This document shows positions 37,651 to 49,971 of a stretch of 64,000 nt of DNA, in pieces. Under the pieces are notes generated by a model. That model ran no database searches. It was given only the letters and a program-made list of their open reading frames with translations, and was not told where the DNA came from. Source of the DNA: Octopus sinensis (taxonomy: Eukaryota). The DNA lies in assembly GCF_006345805.1 (NCBI RefSeq), contig NC_043012.1:10540001-10604000 (forward strand), in the 5' to 3' direction. Both the position numbers and the translations under genes were made by a program. Every line of letters begins with the position of its first letter. Position 1 is the first letter of the stretch.

Positions 37651-40028
37651 ATACGTCTATGTTGCCCTAAGAGGGAATTCGATATTTTTTCACGATAGTA
37701 TACTATTATTTGTAGGGGATTTGAAGGTTATTTCTAGCAAATCGAAGAGTGTCATAAAAGTGTCACCGTTCGTGCGGCTTAAATCATTGTATATTTTCTT
37801 GTTTTAATTATTTACTAATTTATCGTAAATAAATGATGTAAAGAACGTCAGTGCTGCGTTGGCAAATGGCAGAAAAGCAGTTTTCTTTTAAAATTACCAT
37901 ATTTCTGATATGAGTTAACATTTCAAATTTTTATTGCGTTTGAAACATTTTTGTTGATGTTGAGAGCGTGAGAGAAAGAGCAAGAGAGAGGGGACAGACA
38001 GACAGACTGATAGACAGAGCAAGGAGGAGTTTATGTGTGCGCGTGTGTGCGTGCATGTGTATGTGTGTGTGGGGTGTTTACAGGTTTACAAGAATTAAAT
38101 TTTAATTCTACAGTTTATCTACAAACATTTTTACGGCTCTGTAGATGCTAGGAAAATAAGTTATTTTCAGAGGTAATCCGTGGCCCGGTTTAAAACCGTC
38201 GTTGTCTTGGGAATGAAAGATCTAATTCCTCTCTTGGGTTAACAAGTTTGCAGCCTTAGCAGAAGTCGTCACTTCCTTTAAAAAAAAAAAAAGAAGAAAA
38301 ACAATTTAATATATCTTTTGTTTATCCTCCTTGTGGGCAATAAGGAAATAAATATAATACCTTGATTTATGTAGTGTCAGAGTTTAATAAATGCAACAGT
38401 TGGAGTTTGTTCTTCCTATGTGGCCCGTCACCTGAAGTTATCGAGCGAGAGGTATGTTTCTCGTTATGTAACTCTTTCGAGGTTGCCAGATTTTGCTGAT
38501 GTTTTCACACGCAGGTTAATGTTGTTAGAATTGTGAGAGGCAGATAACATGTCATGAGATATTCTGTTACAGTTCATTGCGTTTTGAGCTCAATTCTCGA
38601 CAAAACCAACATGCAATTTTTTGTCGTTTATTTTTTTTATAATTTATAATAAGTCTCTCTTTCGAAACTTATGCTGTGCTTTTTATGTTTTCTTCCACCG
38701 GTTTCGGAACTGAAACATAAGGAAATAAATAAAATTAAAAAAACATCATACATTTTACCGCAGTTCAATAGTAAATATTTTAACTTCCACCATTGCATGA
38801 CAACTAGTACATTTTTACTTTCGTTTTACTGTTCCCTCACACACAGAAATAAGATATCCATTTTAAGTACAATATTCTAAAAAGAAAACTAAAAGCTTTT
38901 AGTTTTTAGTGCTCCATTACAATAGAGTTCCTTAGTTTCTTTCTCGCTACAGACCATGATATCATTTGCCTTATACACAAATACCGTAAAACAAAAATTC
39001 CTTCCGACATTTTACCGCTCTATATATCTCTCTGTCTCTCTGTTACGATACTCCGAGAAATTTTTCATGTTACAGAATATATCACATAAGTACATTTATG
39101 TATTATTTTTTTAAAAGTAACTTCTTAGAAAAGATATTTAGGTTTTACCTTTATCTAACATATTTCAAATTATCTCACTGCATGATACAACAAACCGTTT
39201 CACCTTTACCGATGAAAAGCAGTGTTTTGTGGCGAAAAAAAAAAAGAACCTTAAATTTACTGTCCTTCCATATAATAATCTTTTATTCTTGGTTTTGTCT
39301 TATATCAGAAAAAATAAAAAAAACATTTTAGGTTTTAATACCGAGCGACACAATAGCTTCTGACTTTCTGTTGACGTATAATACACTGATACGTAATGAT
39401 TTTTATAACTGTTCCATATAAAAAGCTTTAACAATTTACACCTTCAGGGCACTTTAAGCAATTTTATTTTCACCTACACAGATTAGGCATCACAGCAGAA
39501 TTTTATGCTATCTCTGTATGACATTAAAAGTTCTTCATATCGACGACCCACATTATATATCTCGCAGCCGATTGTAAAAGTTCTATCGTTAAGACAATAA
39601 CATTTTTCATTTCCACCAACTCACCTTATAGCTGCATTTAAAGTCACCCACGTATGACAGAATACGACTTTAGCTTTTACCGTGCATCATACAAAACGCA
39701 TTCGTTTTATTAATGTTACATTTCAGAAAAATCATTGAAGGTTTTAGCACCACACATTAGAAAACTGCTTCAGTGTTTACTAATTTATCAGATTAAAGAC
39801 GAAACCAAACACTTCAGTGTTTACTACTGAATGGCGAGAAAGCTTTTTAATCTTTTTTTTTTTTTTTTACTGTAACATTTAGATTGTGTTTGTTTGGGTT
39901 TTGGGTCGTAATCATAATGTGTGGGTATTATTGTGTTTTACCATATTTACAAAACATCTTTTTAATATTTGACTGCCGAAACCTTTCTGTTCTGTTCATG
40001 TTATAAACGCAAGTTTTATTAGTAGACC

Positions 40029-40274
40029 TCACTTTTGACTGAGAGTTAAAAATCGTCTCTGGTTCCGTAACGCCACATATTTTTGAAGAATGGACTTTAT
40101 CCGACGATTTGGTTTTTGGATAACTTTATCAGACCCTACTGTATTGTAAATATTTGTTGCAGCTCTCCGGACTCCCTTGATCAAATCTTTAACTTTGGAA
40201 AAGAAAATGAGGGTGGAGACAGAAGTGCTGTCTTTCAATAAATTTGTTGAAAAGGCGATGAGAAAGACGAGCAT
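40029..40274 (-). CDS. Candidate small secreted cationic peptide precursor (81 aa; 99 aa if spliced to an upstream mini-exon)
   Basis: Non-repetitive ORF; hydrophobic N-terminus MLVFLIAFSTNLL; 9 K, 7 R, 3 D, 0 E; RR at 36-37, 57-58 and 73-74; AATAAA 8 nt after the stop. No homology recognised, so it may be a chance ORF. Confidence 0.3.
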   Translation of the reverse strand: MLVFLIAFSTNLLKDSTSVSTLIFFSKVKDLIKGVRRAATNIYNTVGSDKVIQKPNRRIKSILQKYVALRNQRRFLTLSQK

Positions 40275-40535
40275 GATCCAAGTGAAACTTCGACTATGTA
40301 GTCAATAAGCCAGTTAGATACAGCTGTCAAATACCTCTTAATATAGACAGTAACAAAAAACGAGAGATACATTAGTCCCAGGACAGCGAAAGGAACATTG
40401 CAGTTGTGTGTTTAATACAACTTACATGATGTGTGCGTATATGTATTGTAAGTGACACATAACATAGAAAGTAGAACGTTACACTTCGCCATACTATAAA
40501 TGCATTATAAAAAACACATTAAACTTTAATAGTAA

Positions 40536-40597
<62 letters not shown>

Positions 40598-41240
40598 GAT
40601 AAAAAGCTAAAAGAAAAACAACAGAGCCCAATCTACCTGCCCCCACCCAAAACCCATAGAACTATATAATAGTTAATATCAGACAATATATGCAATTTAA
40701 AGACAATTAATCGTTCTTTGTTTTTTATCATTGAATTTATATTAAATCCAAACGTAAACTATTACGGTAGAGAGAGAGGGGGGATATTATGTAGAAGGAG
40801 AGAGATAATCGGAAAGAGAGAGAGAGAGAGAGCGAAAATATACAAAACAAGCCTCTTAAACTGTTTAGCTAATGGAGTAGAAAATTTTAAATTGAAACAA
40901 TCCCAAGAGAGTTGGAATATTCCAAATGAAATGTAAGTGAAAAGAGGAGGAAGATATTTAAGTTAATGCTTTGAATGTCAATGGAAAAGTTAAATTTGTA
41001 TCGTCAAGAGAATAACACTTTTAGAGGTCAGCGAAAGTTTGAGAGGGGAAAACCAGCCAACTCGGGGAATTGTGTTTGTTTTTCCAGTAAAAATACAAAC
41101 CTACATCGGTTAACCTCTGTGTCTCTCACTCTACGTATATAAATCTAAGTGTGTGAGCGTGTGTATATAGGTACGTATATATTAACACACATGTATCTCA
41201 CACATTTATTCACACTCACGTGTGTGCATAAATTGATATA

Positions 41241-41284
<44 letters not shown>

Positions 41285-41349
41285 ATATATATATATATAT
41301 ATATATTATTATATGTGTGTGTGTATAAATATAAATACATGGATATATG

Positions 41350-41534
41350 TGAAAAAATGTCGACTAACTTCAGAAATTACTAAAGTCATATTCTTAAAAT
41401 AATATAGGGTAACAAAATTTTAGAAATTTTTCTACCAGTGGCCTAGCATGTATAAAAAGTCAATAAACAACCTATTTTCCATATAAAATTAATGTACATT
41501 TAAACACAAAGAGGTGATCCTTACCAAGTCGCCT

Positions 41535-41566
<32 letters not shown>

Positions 41567-41690
41567 AACCAATTTCAACGGATTTCGCCCAAATTTGATG
41601 TCGATGTTATTTAGTTTGGTTTGAAATAAAGAACTTGATTAGCTTAATAATCCTAACTTAATCCCGGGCAAAGCCGGGTTATACTGCTAG
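41350..41690 (+). mobile_element. Non-autonomous Helitron-like element; 3' end firm, 5' end uncertain
   Basis: GC hairpin CCCGG GCAAAG CCGGG (41663-41678) just upstream of terminal CTAG (41687-41690), followed by T. Confidence 0.65.
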
Positions 41691-42640
41691 TATGTAGATA
41701 TATTTGTACTTATACATCTCCCTCTCTCCCTATGTGAGTGTGTGAGTGTGTGTGTGCGTGCATGAGTGAGCATACACATATACACTCACACATATATTTT
41801 ATGTGTATATGTGAGTGCACGTGTTTTGTCCATTGCGATGAAATATCCCAAACTGGCTGCTTTTTTTTTTTCCTTTCTATTTTTTGATTCATCAACTCAG
41901 AGGTAAAATGAATACGATAAAATAAAAGACAGAAATGCTGCCCTTTACAAAATCCCTTAAAGTATTCGAAGTTTTTGCACAGCCGTTTTGGCACTGTTTC
42001 ACAATGCTGATTAGACACTGCCTTATTTTGACATCAGATGTTTTCATGTTTCTTTTTCTCCCTTACTCGCTGAATCTCTGTTTCAGGATAGGGGAAGCGT
42101 TTAACGACTGCGTTTAATTAAAAATGTGGTTTCTTCCTGCATTGGATTTATTTGTATGTGTGCATTTATGCGTGCGCGCAGTGTATGCGTTTGTTTCCTG
42201 TGTCCAAGAGTAATGAATGTCAAATCAGCCGTGCCGTATCGTTAGCACCGAAGCAGCCGGGCCTAAACACCTCAGTTTGATCGCTAGAGATATTCTTGCA
42301 AAGCAGAAGCTTTGATTTATGGAAAAATCGAGGCCTGTAAATACTGTCCGGCACTCTTCCATAAGATTCACACGCGCACACGTGTGTGCATAAATTGATA
42401 TGGCTGTTTCTCTCTCTCTCTCCTTATGTCGAAAATAAAATAAAGGAATTTTGTTAAATCTTCGTTCAGCTCCATTCTTTCCTATACTTAATATATAAAA
42501 CTTCAAATTTCCGCACTAAGGCATGGATTTTATGCCCCATGGTCGTAACTTCAACCGTGCCCTTTCTGTTGTGAATTTTGCTACCCAGGTATCGGTTATC
42601 TTTTGAATTATCCGTAATAAGATAATTCATTTATCTACTT

Positions 42641-42676
<36 letters not shown>

Positions 42677-42708
42677 TTTATTTAAAAGCAGCAGAAATTT
42701 AACAAAAG

Positions 42709-42746
42709 CTGTTAATCGGAGTTTCACGTTCCCGTTCGTCGGACAA
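42709..42746 (-). ncRNA. Hammerhead ribozyme-like motif in a solo pLTR-like repeat (~42676-42850)
   Basis: Minus TTGT-CCGACGA-ACG GGAA CGT-GAAAC T CCG A TTA-ACAG: three stems; two changes from consensus (U4C, G16.2U); then AATAAA and (TA)n. Confidence 0.5.
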
Positions 42747-43449
42747 TTTTGTTTAAAATGGAACCGAGATGACAATTCTATAAATAAAGCATATTACTCT
42801 ACCTCTGATATTTGAGTACTCTTTTTTCCACCTTGTTTCACATTTATGTTTATATATATATATATATTATATATATATATATATGTTATATATATATAAT
42901 ATATATATTTAATGTATGTATGTATGTAGTATGTACGTATGTATGTATGTACGTATGTATATACCAATATGTTGTAGTATATTTAGGCCTAAATATATGA
43001 CTCGGTTGCAATAATTGTGTGCGTGATTCTTTCCAGACTGTCAGAAGCGGCACATTAAAACCGCTCCATACTATCAGCTCCAATAACACAAAAAACCCAC
43101 CTACATTTACACCACCACCACCAAGTGCTACATCATGTCGTACCTAGAGTGTGGTCCAGTCCACCATCATGCTACTGCCTTGTAGTAAACCCACCATTCT
43201 TTCAGTTATTGCAACACTGTACCACCACCGACGCCGCCACCACCGAAGCAATATCGTAAACAGCAACGCACACTATCACACATTCGCGCACAGCATTTCA
43301 AGTTTTCACCCAACCACATCGACACTCTGCAGCACACCCAGGCGTTTAGAACGCTACACTTCAACACCACCATGCCAACACCACCACAACCACCATCATT
43401 TTACAACCGCCTCATTGTCACACTCACGCTAAAAAAATACATAGATAAT

Positions 43450-43662
43450 ATAATAATAATCTTGTCTACTGAAACTTTGGAGCGGGGGAGCTAGTCGATT
43501 ACATCAACTCCAGTCCTTGACTGGTACTCATTTTATCGAATCCGTAAAGGACGAAAGGCAAAGTCGACCTCGGCAGAATTTGAACTCAGAACGTTAAGAC
43601 TGATGAAATTCCGCTAAGCATTTAGCCCGTGTGCCAACGATTCTGCCAGCACACCGCCTTGG
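43450..43662 (-). mobile_element. SINE family B (B2 tail)
   Basis: CTAGTCGATTACATCAACTCCAG...AAAGTCGACCTCGGCAGAATTTGAACTCAGAAC...AACGATTCTGCCAGC. Confidence 0.88.
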
Positions 43663-43974
43663 ATGATACAGTAATAATGCTATACTCATATATCATAGCG
43701 CTTGACAAGTGATTGTTGTTATTCGTTATGCTGGTGACACGGATAATATTTAGTGGTGTTAATGATTTATTAATTCTATGTTTTACTATGTGTACAAAAA
43801 TGTGCGCCTTTCTGTGTATGTGCAATGTTCCCATATAAAAATGTTTGCATGCCCACCGATATTTCGACTGAAAACTCTTCCAGTTTACCACATTTAGTTG
43901 TTGGGACATGTGGTACCAATTACAACGGAGTGTGTTTGTCTCCGTTGGAATATGTTTTTTGTTTGTTCCTTCTA

Positions 43975-44240
43975 GAGCCATGCCTGGCTCATAAGAGCCG
44001 GTTTCCCGGTTTCTTTGGCGTATAGGTTTCCCACCTGAACGGGACTCCGGTCCGTCGCAGGTGAGCTGCAAGATGCAGGAGGAAAGAGTGAGAGAAAGTT
44101 GTGGCGAAAGAGTCAGCAGAAGTTTGCCATCATCTTCTGCCAGAGCAACTAGGAGCTTAAGTGTTTCGCTCATAAACACACACATCGCGCGGTCTGAGAT
44201 TCGAACCCGCGATCCCTCGACTGCGAGTCCGCTCTCTAAC
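43975..44240 (-). mobile_element. SINE family C, second copy
   Basis: Colinear with 11375-11660, including GATTCGAACCCGC and CTAACCACTAGGC. Confidence 0.88.
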
Positions 44241-45829
44241 CACTAGGCGATGTACCTCCACACCCGTTGGAAGATACCATAGCTGAATCGGAAAACAATA
44301 TCATGATAATACCTGCGTAAATACATGCTTATTCTTTGGCACATTTTTCCATTCCGGTCTGGTTATATTCACCCTTTCTTCCTGACTGCTAACCAAAAAA
44401 ATGACTCCATTTTTGTTTTCTGCATTACACCGGAACTCTTGTTAAAATGTAGGACCACACATATTTCTTATATACTATGTATCATAGATTACATTTCTAT
44501 CTGTTCTTTCACTCTACGAATTTTATGTCGTAACCCGAACTATTGTATAATTTATATAAATATATTTTGAGCATTTTAGTTGTTCATCAAATGTTATATA
44601 TTGATACATGCGTACGCGTATGAAATGTGTATTCCTCAGTAAATAAATACCGCAGTCTTAGAAAACGAAGAACGTAGTAAGTTTTCTTATATTCTGTAAT
44701 CATTGATGGACTCAAACTGAAAGCATAAAAGGAAGAATGGAATGGTTCCAGCAGTACCACGTTTGATAGAAACATGGAGATGCTGGATCAAAAGAACAAC
44801 ATCAAGAGTATAAGCATCGGTATGAGAGTGAGAAGAGTACCAGTTCAAGCTCTCTCTCACACAACGCGATTAGCCAGTGCTTGTGTCGCAATATACTTAT
44901 GGTCATTCAAAGTTATGTAGGGAAATCTCGCATCAGAGAGAATAATCTGGAATGCATTTATATACTCAACGTGGTTCAACAACATTAGGTCTGACTTGGA
45001 AATATGCAACAGCAGGATCAGCAACAACAACCACAACAACATCTGCTACTATGTCGACAGTGACGACAACAGCTACAACTGCAACAAAATCTTTAATTTT
45101 ATTAAGCATGGTAATGCTACAAGAAACAAGGTTAATAAAAGATCTCTGTGACTCAGAATCTTTCGCCGCAAATTGTTTCACACACTCACATTAATAGACA
45201 CAGATAAACGCATACATGTACATGTTATACACATATATACACACTCTCCACTAATCTATCAAGATGAGGAAAAATGCAATTGCACTAATCCTCTCGATGA
45301 AGATTAAAATGCTATCATGTTTAGAAGTGGGGGGGGAGGAAATTAAATTCGCAATTGAGATAATAACAACGCTAAGATGGAGTAGTCCAGTCAATGGTAT
45401 GAATGAAGTTACCACTACATAGCTGCAAGCATATATATCCAGAGAGATACGCATACATGCGCGCTTATAGACAGCCATACCATACATTTGGGCACATATA
45501 TATTCGTAGAAATGCAAGCATACATTGATAAATACAAATACTAACACAAACAGATACGATGATGCATATATATATTACACACACGCACACGCGCGCACAT
45601 ATTCAATTATCAACCGTACATACACAATGTACGTGTATTGTTTGCTCACTGGTTCGCTGCGACAGCGATCTAGAGATGACTCTATTCTGTCTATATCCTT
45701 CAAGTGTTCTAACACCCAACGCTAAGAGGGAGTCGTGCCAGAGCCTTGTAAGACGGCAAACAAGCAAACCAGAATAAACTGAACTTGTACGGTCGATAAT
45801 ACATATATGTGTGTGTGTGTGTGTGTAGT

Positions 45830-46000
45830 AAACACCCACCTTCAAAAGATGAACAAAACAAACACAAAAAACCAACAACGCGAGGACGTGGTACATGTAA
45901 AGTATTAGCAGACGCTTAGGGAAGGAAAGAAAGATGGTTTAACGTTTCGAGCAATGCTCTTCTTCAGAAACAGAGGAAAATCCAATAGACAATCGGAAGA
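45830..46000 (-). mobile_element. Family H-related hammerhead-bearing repeat, copy 4 (intact CUGAAGA core)
   Basis: Minus GTTT-CTGAAGA-A-GAGC ATT GCTC-GAAAC-GTT-AAAC at 45937-45971; body CCTAAGCGTCTGCTAATAC parallels CCTGAGCG...ATACTAATAC. Confidence 0.7.
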
Positions 46001-46383
46001 CAATGGCCAACAGCAAGTTTTACACACGTACAAGCACACACACACAAACACTCACACTCACACACGCTGTGAATGTTCTGCAATCGTATAGGGGAATTAC
46101 CATCAAGGGATTTGGTCGAACAGATCGACCCCGATATTTTTTAATACGAGTGTTTATTCCATCAGTCACTTGTAGACGCATAGTTGTTAAAAAGTACGGA
46201 AACAAGACCGTAGCATGGCGTTGCTAAATACGTATTTCTGCTTAAATTAACTTCGTCAGCAGTAATCACCCCTAACCACTGCATGTTAAGAGAACAGGGG
46301 TAATTTTTAGCATTATACGTCTCTAAGAGATTCATTTTTGAGACGAATACTACAGTTTAGTAGGCTTTCAATGATATACTTGC

Positions 46384-46419
<36 letters not shown>

Positions 46420-46424
<5 letters not shown>

Positions 46425-46815
46425 GCTTGCTTACCAACCACATGGTTCCGGGTTCAGTCCAACTGCGTAGCATCTTGGGCAAGTGTCTTCTGCTATAGCT
46501 CCGGGCCGACCAATGCCTTGTGAGTGGATTTGGTAGACGGAAACTGAAAGAAGCCTGTCGTATGTATGTATATATGTATGTGTGTGTGTGTATGTTTGTG
46601 TATCTGTGTTTGTCCCCCCTAGCATTGCTTGACAACCGATGCTGGTGTGTTTACGTCCCCGTCACTTAGCGGTTCGGCAAAAATAGACCGATAGAATAAG
46701 TACTGGGCTTACAAAGAATAAGTCCCGGGTTCGAGTTGCTCGACTAAAGGCGGTGCTCCAGCATGGCCGAAGTCAAATGACTGAAACAAGTAAAAGAGTA
46801 AAAGAGAGAGTAAAG
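46420..46815 (+). mobile_element. SINE family A, near full length
   Basis: GCTTGCTTACCAACCACATGGTTCCGGGTTCAGTCC through TGACTGAAACAAGTAAAAGAGTAAAAGAG. Confidence 0.93.
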
Positions 46816-46862
46816 AGTATAGATAGATAAATAGAGAGATACATACATACATACATGCATGC

Positions 46863-46926
<64 letters not shown>

Positions 46927-47144
46927 GTTTCTTTATTGGCCACACAGGCTGCACACAGATGGAGCAAGTTACAAGGTAGAGCTTTTCTTTTGGAGGAGAA
47001 AAAAAAAATGTGGCGTAGGTTTTCGATCAAAAGGGATCGTAACAGGGAAAAAAGAACAAAATAAAAAGAAAAAAAGAAAAAGAAAAGGAAAAGAAAAAAA
47101 AGGAAAAAGGGAAAAGGAACAAAAGAAAAGAAAAATGAAAAAAG

Positions 47145-47879
<735 letters not shown>

Positions 47880-48058
47880 ATTTTTATATATATTTTTATA
47901 CGTATCTTTATATATTTTCACACACAAACGCACGCTCTTATTTATAGCTTATCTGCTTCTATAATTTCTTCCATAATTTCTTCGTTGCTGTGTGTGTATG
48001 TTTGAGTTTTGTATGAAACTATGTACATATATACACAACTTCTGCATGTGTTTGCATG

Positions 48059-48090
<32 letters not shown>

Positions 48091-48464
48091 GTAAACAGTA
48101 AAATTAATTACAGACATGGACAAGAACATGAAACACCACAGAGACGACACAAGAACCACAGGACGGGACATTCGAAGCCCTCAGTCATCAGTCAAGAACC
48201 AGATCATCTTAGCAATTTCGGCTGATTAATCTTGATTAATATATATATATATATATATATATAGATAGATAGATAGATAGATATATAGATATAGATATAG
48301 ATCGATCGATAGATAGACAGATATATTGTTGACGTCATAAGAATCAATGATTCTTTCATATTTTACTGGAAATTGTCGGTATCTGTCCCTCGGACAATGT
48401 CTAGAGATTGTGTCCATAGTTCTTTATAACCCAGGCTCTTATTTATAGCTTATCTGCTTGTAGG

Positions 48465-48590
48465 TCTGGAGCAACTTGAAATGAAGTGTTTTGCTCAAGA
48501 ACACAACGCGTCACCCGGTCCAGGAATCGAAACCACAATCTTTACGATCAAGATGCTGACACCCTAACCACTAAGCCACGCGTCTCCACA
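48465..48590 (-). mobile_element. tRNA-SINE 5' fragment (family E-like)
   Basis: Minus GGAGACGCGTGGCTTAGTGGTTAGGG...GTGGTTTCGATTCCTGG...GTTCTTGAGCAAAACAC. Confidence 0.8.
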
Positions 48591-48717
48591 TTCAGTAAAT
48601 ATACTGCTTATTAAATGTACCTTGGTCATATATGTTTCTTTTTAAGTCCTGACGATTTCGATTTTCATTCTGGCAGCGATTAAAATTAGGTACCAGACAA
48701 TATGAAGAGATTCATAT

Positions 48718-49133
48718 ATATTTCTTTACTACCCACAAGGGGCTAAACATAGAGAGGACAAACAAGGAAAGACAGACGGATTAAGTCGATTACATTGACC
48801 CCAGTTCGAAACTAGTACTTTATTTATCGACCCCGAACGGATGAAAGGCAAAGTCGACCTCGGCGGAATTTGAACTCAAAAGGTAACGACAGACGAAATA
48901 CCTATTTCTTTACTGCCCACAAGGGGCAAAACACAGAGCGGACAAACAAGGACAGACAAAGGGATTAAGTCGATTACATCGACCCCAGTGGGTAACTGGT
49001 ACTTAATTTATCGACCTCGAAAGGATGAAAGGCAAAGTCGACCTCGGTGGAATTTGAACTCAGAACGTAGCGGCAGACGAAATACTGCTAAGCATTTTTC
49101 CCGGCGCGCTAACGTTTCTGCCAGTTCGCCGCC
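48718..49133 (-). mobile_element. Head-to-tail dimer of SINE family B1
   Basis: Complete head at the right end; second unit joined at GACGAAATAC|CTATTTCTTTACT (48901/48902). Confidence 0.92.
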
Positions 49134-49429
49134 CTGGAAGAGATTCATATGCTTGACTACAGTCTTTAATGAACGATGTTAATTGTCAAAAAACAGAAAA
49201 CAGCAATAGAATGAAACAATATCCCTATGAGTGAGCTAGTTTACGTATGGATGAGTGTATGTAAATTTATGCAAAATAAACACATATTACATTATACACA
49301 AGATTTTCGGTTCCTTCTAAGAAAGTTACTGGCAAATATACACAGTCGAAAATTCCACCGATGGATCGAAATTGCAGCTCGAGCGCATATCCTTTATTTT
49401 TCTCACATAAATTGATGTTTTAATATGAT

Positions 49430-49632
49430 TATACTCTTTTACTTGTTTCAGTCATTTGACTGCGGCCATGCTGGAACACCGCCTTTAATCGAGCAACTCG
49501 ACCCCGGAACTTATTCTTTTATAAGCCCAGTACTTATTCTATTGGTCTCTTGCTGAACCGCTAAGTAACGGGGACATAAACACACCAGCATCGGTTGTCA
49601 AGCAATGCTAGGGGGACAAATACAGACACACA

Positions 49633-49665
<33 letters not shown>

Positions 49666-49835
49666 CATATATACGACGGGCTTCTTTCAGTTTCCGTCTA
49701 CCAAATCCACTCACAAGGCTTTGGTCGGCCCGAGGCTATAGTAGAAGACACTTGCCCAAGGTGCCACGCAGTGGGACTGAACCCGGAACCATGTGGTTGG
49801 TAAAGAAGCTACTTACCACACAGCCACTCCTGCGC
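49430..49835 (-). mobile_element. SINE family A, near full length
   Basis: Matches the family A head, body and tail throughout. Confidence 0.93.
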
Positions 49836-49882
49836 ACACACTTGCGATAAAAAAAAAACACACTTGCGATAAAAAATAAAGC

Positions 49883-49971
49883 TGTATGGGGCACAGTTAT
49901 ATGTATGGGGCACAGTTATATGTATGGGGCACAGTTATATGTATGGGGCACAGTTATATGTATGGGGCACA
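49883..49971. repeat. 19-bp minisatellite TGTATGGGGCACAGTTATA, four full units and one partial
   Basis: Directly visible perfect units. Confidence 0.95.

Noticed and set aside
44740-45120. Gln/Thr-rich possible exon
   Set aside because: All frames are short or are CAA/ACA microsatellite decay; no convincing splice sites or homology.
49883-49971. CRISPR-like regular repeats
   Set aside because: There are no spacers; it is a simple tandem minisatellite in a eukaryote.
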